Shown here in pieces: positions 23,504 to 34,174 of a stretch of 41,677 nucleotides of DNA. The notes beneath the pieces were generated by a model, which was given only the letters and a program-made list of their open reading frames with translations, did not search any database and was not told the DNA's origin. Each line of letters starts with the position of its first letter. The stretch's first letter is position 1. The DNA is from Basidiobolus ranarum (lineage: Eukaryota). The translations under genes and the position numbers were made by a program. The stretch lies in contig JASJQH010006912.1 of assembly GCA_040143965.1 (NCBI GenBank), positions 1 to 41,677 of the forward strand, in the 5' to 3' direction.

Positions 23504-25983
23504 ATGAACGACCTCATTCCCTTGGTAAATAAATTACAAGACGTGTTCAACACTGTCGGGAACGATCAAATCGACCTTCCTCAAATTGTTGTAATTGGGT
23601 ATGTCGAGGTTGACACGATTCAGAGCTCGCAAATACTGATGCATATTTTATTCATATAATAGTTCACAATCTTCTGGGAAATCTTCTGTTCTTGAAAATA
23701 TTGTTGGTCGAGATTTCCTTCCTAGGGGAAGTGGAATTGTAACTCGCCGTCCTCTCGTTCTTCAGTTAGTGAATGTACCTCAGAATGAGGCGTTGGAGGC
23801 TGCGGAATATGCTGAGTTCTTGCATCTTCCAGACAACAAATTCTTTGATTTGAATGACGTTCGTAAGGAAATTGAAAAAGAGACCTCTCGCCTGGCTGGT
23901 GCCAATAAAGGAATTTCTAGAGTTCCCATTCACCTCAAAATCTATTCACCTGATGTCTTGAACTTGACTCTAGTCGATTTGCCAGGTCTAACCAAGGTGA
24001 GTTTTGTAAAGTATCTGTATTCGAGGTTTAGAGAATCTGATCGCTTTTCTTGATGAAATAGATTCCTATTGGAGACCAACCGTCAGATATTGAGAAGCAG
24101 ACCAGACATTTGATATTCGATTACATCAACAAGCCAAACAGGTAATTTCTTAAGAGCTCAGTTTAGGGTAGCTGATATTCATCTGACACATCTATCCAGT
24201 ATCATTCTAGCAGTCAGTCCAGCCAACGTTGATATTGTTAACTCTGAGAGTTTAAAAGTGGCCAGAGAGGTTGATCCTGAAGGTATGGCATTGAGATGGG
24301 ATACTGAAGTGAGAATACAGTTTCGGTGCTAACTATCTTTTTCTAGGCAAGAGAACCATCGGTGTGATCACCAAGATCGACTTGATGGACGCCGGAACTA
24401 ATGCGCTAGATATTTTGACCGGTCGCATTATCCATCTCAAATTGGGTTTCATTGGCGTAGTGAATAGAAGTCAACAAGACAATGTTGGGAACGTACCGAT
24501 ATCTAAGGCTTTGGAAAGAGAGGGTGAATTTTTCAAATCGCACCCTGCCTACAGAAACATTGCTGATAAGTGTGGAACGGGCTATCTCGGAAAGACACTC
24601 AATAATGTGTTGGTAAAGCATATTCGTGAAAAGCTTCCCGATATGAAGGCCAAGCTTAATGCGCTGATAGGACAGACTCAACAAGAGTTAAATTCATTCG
24701 GTGATGCCACTTTGTCCCAAGACGCAAATAAGGGCCCCCTCATTCTCAGACTTCTCACCAAATTCGCCACCAGCTTTGTCTCTTCAATTGACGGCACCTC
24801 TTCTGATTTCTCTACTGCTGAGCTGTCTGGTGGTGCTCGAATCTACTATATTTTCAATAATATCTTTGGCACTGCATTGGACTCCATAAGCCCTGGCGGT
24901 AATCTTACCTTGCAAGACATTCGCACTGCGATCAGAAACTCTACTGGACCTCGCCCTTCGTTGTTCGTGCCTGAGATTGCCTTTGAGTTATTAGTCAAAC
25001 CCCAAATTAAGCGCCTGGAACCCCCCAGTTTACGCTGTGTGGAGCTTGCTTACGAAGAGTTGATCAAGATTTGCCACAATTCCAATAACAGGGTTTGTAT
25101 TGTCTCTTTTCAGTAATTTATTTCCGAATGCTAAAACAATGCCCTTTAGGAGCTAACAAAATACCCCAAATTGTATGCCAAAATTATCGAGGTGGTCTCT
25201 GATCTTTTAAGAGAGCGACTCAGTCCCACCTCCAGCTATATAGAGAGCTTGATCAGCATTGAGATGGCCTATATAAATACCAATCATCCTGATTTCATTG
25301 GTGGTAGCGGAGCCATTTCTGCATTAGAGAAGAAGATTCAGAAGAAGAGAAGGGAGCAGGAGAGGCTTAAGCGAGTAAGTTCTACATATCTCGTTTGCAT
25401 CTTGTAGTTTTCAATGTTTAATCTTCTTATTGCGTAGGTCAATGCTTCTCAGCTTCCCGCTGTTGTTAATTCAGTTAAAGACGATCAAGATGAGACAGCC
25501 GATGCCCCTGGCGCCAACGATGATCGATTCTTGAATTACTTCTTCGGAAACAAGAATGAAAAGACCGATGGAGATTCCCGTAAGACCTTGGTCAAAGATA
25601 TGGTGATGCCCGACAAGGTAACTGAAAGCAACAACTACAATGCACACACCTCTGAGAAGCAAGTGGACTCTGATCCTGATGAAGGAAATCATCTTTCGGA
25701 GAGAGAAGAGATGGAAACTCAGTTGATTAGATCACTCATCACCTCCTATTTCAACATCGTTCGCAAATCCATCCAAGATCTTGTTCCCAAGACTGTAATG
25801 CATCTTTTAATCAACAATATTCGTGAGAACATTCAAAACCGTCTTGTTTCGGAGCTCTACAGACAGGAAGCTTTTGAAGAGCTTCTACAGGAGGACGAAA
25901 ACATCGTGGCCGAGCGGGAAAAGTACAAGACTATGCTTGAGATCTACAAGAGAGCATTTTCCATCATCAGTGAAGCCGTGTAA
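23504..25983 (+). CDS. DNM1: Dynamin-related GTPase Dnm1/Drp1 (mitochondrial/peroxisomal fission), 7 exons
   Basis: [32 protein letters not shown], middle domain [12 protein letters not shown], insert-B FLNYFFG and [22 protein letters not shown]. These favour Dnm1 over Vps1. Confidence 0.9.
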
Positions 25984-26488
25984 ATCATTCACAATGCCCA
26001 TCACACATCATTTTGTTTGTACTTCTGGTAGATTTCGTTGTTCTCACTCTTTACACCGTACGCATAGCTCGCTTCAACCACTCAGTCACACATCCTAATC
26101 ATTCTCTTGTTACAGACCATGTATCTTATCACATTCTTACATAGCGTTTTAATAATCCATCATCCACTTAGATCAAATAAGTTAACAAATACATAGCCAC
26201 AAGGATTCTTGGTTGATTTTCCCTCTACTTTGACTAAAACCACCAAGTGTTCAATGAGAGTTCAACTTCCATTAGTCTGTTTCTTTTCCTTCGCATGCGC
26301 TTCCATTCAAGGAATCCATCAAATAGCCTAGTAATTGTATTCTCCTTCAGCTACTGTCATGAATCATAGTAATGCTCAAAAATAGTGTAATCACTGGATC
26401 TTTGTGTTAATGGATCGTTTAATTATGTATAAAATCCTGGTTTAATTGGAATTTTTACTCGCTTTAGTCAAGCATGAAGTGGGATAAT

Positions 26489-26497
26489 GTCACGTGA
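26489..26497. promoter_or_regulatory. E-box GTCACGTGA about 215 bp upstream of the APL4 ATG
   Basis: Seen directly; same motif class as 20723-20732. Confidence 0.4.
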
Positions 26498-26710
26498 AAT
26501 TACCTCGAAACTGTAAATGCCTGTTGTGTGATATTCGGGTTGCGTCAGATAGTTTTACACAATAGTAAAGTTGTTTTCCTAAACCAAGGTGAAGAAGTGA
26601 GCTCTTTATAGTACTTTAGGGAACTTTTTCCTCTTTATTGTGACCGAGACAAAATTAGCACCTCCTTCCATAAGAATCTTAACTCTCAGTGTTACGCCTG
26701 ACTTTCTTCA

Positions 26711-29700
26711 ATGCCTTATTATCGATTAAAAGGTAGTTTTCTTTTCTTACTTTCACATATCCAGTTCGCGTTTTTGTTCCAAAAGAAAACACCACTCATG
26801 AGACTGGGTTTTTTTAGATTTTATCAGGGCCATCCGTAAGTGTAAGACTGCGGCTGATGAGAGAACTGTGATACAAAAAGAATCTGCAGCTCTCAGAACT
26901 TCTTTCAAGGAAGAAACCACCGATTCTAGATACAATAATGTTGCCAAACTTTTGTACATTCACATGCTGGGTTATCCTGCACATTGGGGACAAATTGAAT
27001 GTTTGAAGCTTGTTGCTTCTAGCCGCTTTGCTGATAAACGCTTAGGTTACCTCGGGATGATGCTCTTGCTCGATGAAAACCAAGAACTTCTAACCCTTGT
27101 CACTAACTCCTTGAAAAAGTGAATCCATTTTCCATACGAATATAGATTTAATAACGTATCAGCAGAATTAACCATCTTTCCAAATTACTCAAACTTAGCG
27201 ACTTGAATCATTCCAATATGTACATTGTTGGTTTAGCGCTGTGTACCCTGGGAAACATAGCCTCGAACGAGATGGCTCAAGATTTAATTGATGAAGTTGA
27301 AAAGTTGATGAAAAGCTCGAACACTTATATGAAGAAGAAAGTATGCTGAGAACGCTTCTTTTTTAATAGTTTCTTATTTTAAGCCTGTTATTGATAATTA
27401 TTTAAGGCTGCTTTATGCGCTATCCGTCTCGTCCGTAAAGCACCCGATCTCTACGAAAATTTATTGGAGCCTGCTAATTTACTAATCACCGATAAAAGTC
27501 ATAGCGTGATGTTGACCGGCGTCACACTTATCATAGAGCTATGCCAGCAAAATCCTGAGAATGTTCCAGTATTTATTCGCGTAAGGTTACTAATTAGATT
27601 ATTCGCTGACAAACTCTATACCGATGATGTGTTTTTTATACCTACAGTCTATCCCTATCTTAGTCAAGCGTTTAAAGGCCTTATCCGCTGGTGGTTTCTC
27701 GCCCGACCATGATGTTGCTGGAATCACCGACCCTTTCTTGCAAGTTAAGATCATACGCTTACTCAGGTTCTTAGGTGAAGAGAATGATGATGCCAGTGAG
27801 GCGATGAATGATATATTGGCTCAGGTTCGTACAAAGAATACACCCATTCAACTTGCGAATATTTGGATGTTGATTGGTGTTCATGATATTTAGGTAGCTA
27901 CTAATACAGATTCAGCAAAAAATGTTGGGAATTCTGTGTTATATGAAACTGTCACCACTATTATGGGCACAGAGTCTGACCAAGGATTACGTGTCCTTGC
28001 CATTAACATCCTCGGCCGATTCCTTAGCAACAGAGATAACAATTTACGGTATTTTTGATGTCAGAAATCTTACCAACATTGGGACACAGCTAATATACTG
28101 TGATTTATTGTACTTGTATATAGCTATGTTGCATTAGATACATTGAACAAAACGGTGGCTATAGATATAAATGCTGTACAGCGTCACCGCAGTACTGTAG
28201 TGGAGTGTCTAAAGGATCCTGATATTTCCATTAGACGTCGAGCTCTAGAGCTCTCATTTACTCTCATAAATGAATCTAACGTTCGCGTCATGACTAGAGA
28301 ACTTCTCACCTTCCTGGAAATCGCTGACAGTGAATTTAAAGCAGGAATGACCACCAAAATATGCGCTGCCGCCGATAGGTAACGAAACTCTTACCACCTA
28401 TTTAACTGAATTCCATTAAAGTATATATGATGGATTCTAGGTATGCCCCGAACAAGCGGTGGCACATTGATACCGTGTTACGTGTACTGAAGCTGGTAGG
28501 CACTGCTTTTCATAATGACGAAATTCATCTTTATTCCTATACTAAGCGAGAATGGGATAGGCTGGAAATTACTGTCGTGAAGAAACCCTTTCCAACTTCA
28601 TTCGAATCGTCTCTAACGCTACAGAATTGCAAACTTATACTGCTCAAAAACTTTACGCTTCATTGAAGAAAGATATATCAAAGGTAAGATCTGCACGCCT
28701 ACCAAGAGTTTATTGTTTTACATAGTGTAACCATACTTTTCTATCCACATTAGGAAGCATTGGTTCTTGTCGGCATTTGGATCATCGGAGAGTTTGGAGA
28801 TCTTCTCGTTCAAGGAGGCAACTTCGAAGAGGAAGAACTTGTTCGAGAGGTAGTCACCTATGAGTATTGTGCTTCTTACCATTCCATTTGAATCTGACTT
28901 TGGTATTTAGGTTAAGGAATCTGATGTCGTTACTTTGATGGAAACCATTTTGAATAGTCCATACGCCAACCAGGTTATCAGAGAGTATCTGATGACTGCT
29001 TTGATTAAGCTGACCGATCGATTCAAGGAGAGAGAGGTTCAAGAGCGTATAAAAAATATCATTGTCACATTCTCCAACAGTACTGAGACAGAAGTTCAAC
29101 AACGTGCAAATGAATACAAGAATTTGTATGGTTATGGAGAAATCCGCTCAGCAGTTTTAGAGCGTATGCCTGCACCTGAGCCTAAACCAAACTTGCACAG
29201 CCCAGGTATGGTGACAAAATTAATACCTTGCGATTAGTCCAACAGGCACTTACCGTTTCGTTTAGTTCTTGAAAAATCGAAACCGAAGAGTAGCAAGAAG
29301 ACTGCTCGTAAACAAGAAAATGTAAATTGACTATATCCCATATCCCCTTCCGTTTCATTCCTTCTAAATATTTATTTGTAACATTTCTTTGTCCTAGTCT
29401 TTATTGGATTTACTTGGAGACGAGTCCTCGACTACTACTTCACAGGCACCTGAGTCTGATAAAACTGTGGATTTGCTGGCTGATATTTTTGGCTCCAGTA
29501 ACTTGACAAGCCCTCAAAGAACTTCACCTACTGGATCTAATTCTCTTAATAGCACCTCTAACAATTCTACCAAATCTACATATGGCAATGCCGGTCTCTT
29601 GGATCTTTTGGGGGATATATCATCACCTCCAGTATCTTCTCCTGCAAGCTCCATGCCATTTGGAAATACCAGCCCTACTGAGCATAAACCACCGGTTTCT

Positions 29701-30220
29701 ACCAATACATCTCAGTCTTCAGGTATACTCTAGTTATTCGAAGTCAGGCAAACTTTTTACTAACCAACTGTTGTATGAATTATAGGGAAATATTTGGCCT
29801 ATGATAAAGATGGGTTCAAAATTATCATGATTCCCAATCAAGATTCCCAGAATCCCAATGTTATCAACATTAGAATACGTTTTCATAATGAAGCAGTTGG
29901 TAGCAATATTGAAAATTTAGCATTCCAAATTGCAGTACCTAAATCACAAAGACTACAAATGCAATCGATTTCATCCACTCAAGTACCCATCAATGAATCG
30001 GCCACCCAGCTCATTAGAATCGCGAATCCTCAGAAGGTAATGTGTTGAATTCTCTCTGGAATACTAGAAGTTATCATCATCTTAATAACTCTGCATTTTA
30101 CTTGTTTTGTAGACGCCCATTCGACTCCGATTAAAGATTTCATATACAACCTCCAATGGTCGTAACGTTGAAGAAATCTCGGAATTTAATGGATTTCCAG
30201 CCAGTTTATTTAATAATTAA
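26711..30220 (+). CDS. APL4: AP-1 adaptor complex gamma subunit, about 15 exons
   Basis: [56 protein letters not shown], clathrin-box hinge (LLDLL) and gamma-ear [13 protein letters not shown]. Stop TAA at 30218-30220. Confidence 0.95.
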
Positions 30221-30743
30221 CTGATTCTTTATTCATTCAATTCCCGATTATGTTCGAATTTATGCGAGCGACTATCTTCATCTCCACTGCCATTGCCACC
30301 ATCACCATCAATTTTCAAGATCTTTTTCATTTTTATTTTTAATGCTGAGAAAAGTATACTTTCATTGAACAAGATCTCTTTGATAATCCACAGGACTCCA
30401 TCGGTTTATTAAAGAGAATATGAAGTTTTAACTATATTATACTCCTTGGTTTCATTGTATATGGCTTGGTTGATTTGATATGAAAAACAATCAATGTATA
30501 TGTAGCTAATGGAGTGGTTGGAGTGGTTGGATGGTGTGGTCGATCAATACAATGCTGGCCATCCTTCCATAGAGTAGAAGAAGCCACATACAACGGGAAA
30601 GAAGTGGAAGATAAGAAGGGATTTTTATATATACATGAATACTATCCCAGTAGCTATTAGGATATGACTAAATATCAATATATCATGATGATCGTATTCG
30701 TCGCACGGACGGAAGGGGGAAAGAAACGGATAATCCAATAAAA

Positions 30744-33700
30744 TCAACCTGAATGAAATGGGCATTGCTTTCCACGACCAAACCAAGAATCAATGCATTC
30801 TTGATGATATATACAAAGACAAGTGAGTCTGGCTAACGTTTCACCTGGATCAGTTTCATCAACATGTTAGATAGATGTGTTTGATCATGGAGAATTGAGA
30901 AGCACATACCTAGTTCAAATTCTTCAAAGCATATAGGACATTCTTGTCCCAAAAGATTGGAATCCTCGTTCAACTTGAAATCTGAGGTCGCAAGGAACAT
31001 GTTAGATAGTTAATCTAGTATCTGTTAGTTAAATATCTCCTTACTCAAGTATCTTGATCCTCTGGGAGAGGAGCTAAATCCTCTAGTCTCCAAGCATTCT
31101 TTCACATGTCGCTCTTGGCCACCTCTATCTATGGATATCGATTGTAAGAGCGTAAAGCAAACGGGGCATTCATTCATCACACTGGTTTGACTATTTGTTC
31201 GACTCATTATTGAAGGAGTTACCAATGAATTGGACCTTTTTGGCAAAGAGTTCAACAAGGCGACGCATGTATCGCAGACACGTTGGTAAGTAACCGAGGA
31301 GGTATCTCCCACATAGGCAGGAGTAGGAAAAGGAAACCGAGAAGAAGTACATCTATCACAAAATACGAGGCCACATCGACTAATATACGATTAGTTCATA
31401 TGGATAAATACAAACATATACATAATTCGATCTTCATACCGGCAATGATGGCGACGAAGGAACAACATGAATCGACGACCGCATTGACGGCAATCTGGCG
31501 CATCTCCGTCAGATTCCCATAAGGATGGGGAGAGAGGAACGAGGCGTGTTGAAGTCGTATTGATCACCTGAAGTAATGACGATGTTATCCCTGAAGTGGA
31601 GTTTGTATTCGCAGATGATGCATTTGAGGTTTGTCGCAGATGGCCTCCACCCATAACTGACACCGTGTTAGATCTAACGATCGATCGGTTGGTAACTGGA
31701 GAATGATCTACACAATCGGCACTATGTTGGTATGGGATTAACCTAATTCTACCTTATAATTGAATCAAATACCTGTGTCCGTATAGTAGGAAGAGTTAAT
31801 GTCGGAGTTTTGGAGACTGCGGCTAATATGAGACTCATTTAGATGGAAAGTGTGATTATCTGAAGTGCGATTATCTGAAGCACATAAGAAATTAAGACAT
31901 GTGGAACGCATTGGAAGGTATAAGATAGCAATATACCTGAATGGTTGTTGATTTGAATTGCGATAGTATTTGGTCTATTAGCTGAGCTAGAAGGCTCTCC
32001 TAGCTGTAAGGGAGTAGGGACAAAACTGTTGTCTTCGTTGTCGGAGATCGATTCGTGCATGTTACATGCAAGCCTACGTTTCATAACCCTAATCCACCTT
32101 CTCCTCCTCACCCAGTTACTATTCAAACTAGCACCTGGTGGTGATCTGTACCACTCATCTTCAGATGCATCAAAAGAATAAGCGTACTGCCAGCCTTCCT
32201 CAGGATCCACCTGAGAGTGTCTCAGGTCTATCTGCCAATCTGTTAGCCAAAACCACTCTTCTTCCATACTAGATTCATTGCTTGAATGGGGCAATTGAGT
32301 GGTATCTTTGGAGCCTGGACTACCATCCAACAAAGTCCAGGGATGTACACCAATCTCTGATAAAGTACCAATAGAAAATCGAGGAGTTGCTAACCGAGAA
32401 AGCAGACTTTGGGGAGCACGCTGATTCTCATGCAATATTACCAAAACATTCAAGTGGCAATCCACAGTGTCATAATTGGCTATTTTTTAAAGTTAAGTTA
32501 GAACTGATCGTTACTAGTTATTCGATTAGTTACCTTGAGCGCTCCTTTCAGTCTCATCGAGTAACTCACATATCTGAGCCTCTATTCTTGCTGCTGCAAC
32601 ATCATACGCCTTTTCACCAAAATCATTTTGAATCAAAGCATCTGCATTCGCTTCACTCAACAAGTAAATCACAATATCCAAAAACCCTCTAGAGGCCGCA
32701 TTCACTAAGCATATATAGATACTTTTAGTTGGCAATAATAATGAAAGGAAATTCGTCGAACGTACTCAATGGAGTATGGTTCATTTTACTCCTAGTATTC
32801 ACGTCAACTGAAGTATTTTCCAACAACCATTTGACTATTTCCAAATGTCCATAGGAACATGCGTTATGTAATGCTGTCCAACCGTCTTTGTCCTTGTGAT
32901 CTATAGATGCATGACTATTGACTAGACACTTGACTACATCCAAGTGACCACCAAAAGCTGCCTTTAACAAAGCTGTCTTCATTTTCAAAATAGAAGTTAA
33001 ATTTCTCGAATATAGAAGCTCTTGATTTCGCGGATGCGTTCACTTACCTCTCCTTCGCGGTCTTCAAAGTCTACTTCTGCTCCAGCATCTAGAAGATATT
33101 CTATGAGTACTAGGTGGCCTCGAGAGGCTGCATAATGTAACACAGTAAGGCCAGTAAATGTAGAAGGGGTATTTATAATATCAGTCGGTGAAGAAGTAGT
33201 CTCTTGCGTAAGCCTATGTAATATTTCAAATAAGATGTTTCCATTTCCAGTCTCCGCAGCTGCATAAAAACTTGGAATAATTCGGAAAGCTAAACCTTCT
33301 GAGTTTGGTATAACAGTAGAAGACTCTTCACTCGAAGTATCTTCAGATAGACTCACCGATTCATCTGATATACTATTGGGAAGGTTAGGCCCCAGAATAA
33401 ATGCTTGACTAGACAAGGAACCTGTGTCTCTAGCTAATGCAGGTGAAGAATGTTCAGAAGCCTCCTCTAGGTTATATTGTTGCTCTATATTATCTTGTGG
33501 AGGTGGAACTGGGGCATCAGTGGCCAAAACTGGATTTTCCTCTTCATCAGAGTTGAGTATCGATAACTGTTCTCTACTACTATATTGTTTGGTTGAAGAC
33601 ATGGAGGGGTCATCCACAGGATAAGTATCATCAGTAGAGGGGCTTTTATCGAAGCAAGTGTGGTGAGTGGAATTTTCCTGATTCCCAGAAAATGAGACAT

Positions 33701-33764
33701 TGTTGGAAGGACACGGCTCATTTGAGGGAACAGAAGTGGTAGAAATATCAGAGGATGTATCCAT
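30744..33764 (-). CDS. Ankyrin repeat - DysF-like - FYVE - C2HC - RING-H2 protein (Pib1-like E3 ligase with N-terminal extensions), about 9 exons
   Basis: Ankyrin repeats (TVLHYAASRGH, TALLKAAFGGH, TALHNACSYGH); W-rich WFWLTDWQID...EGWQYA...WVRRRRWIR; FYVE WESD..CRQC..RRHHCRRCG..RVCDTC; RING CPIC...CLCIYHQECI...CPFH. The start codon is uncertain. Confidence 0.85.
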
Positions 33765-34174
33765 TTGGTTGAAAGAAGTAGACACAGTATGCTTTGATAT
33801 CTACTTCAACCAAATCGAAAGTTCTTTTTAACAAAAAGGGATGGTTTGTGGAATAACTACACTTAGTTCGCTTCAATATACTATCCTTGTTAATCAAGGA
33901 TAAACGTGACAGCGTATTACTTACCCACCACCAGCCTCAGGGGAAGATAATTGGAGAAGCTGATAAACAACCCTCCAACTCGCTCATGAAATTATATACA
34001 GGAATAATTAGATCTAATATTTAGAGTATAATATTTATTCCAATTAATCGTTGTGAATAGAAATTCCTATACATGGAGTGTTTGGTGGTAATAAACGATC
34101 TTCTATTGTTTAAAATGAGTACTGAAAATATGATAGAATGTGTAATAATCGTAATAATCCGTTAGTTTTTACAT

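Noticed and set aside
28049..28123. APL4 intron starting GTATTTTT as a possible U12 intron (likewise GTATTTTC at 40162 and GTGAATCC at 27119)
   Set aside because: They lack CC at +5/+6 and a U12 branch sequence near the 3' end.
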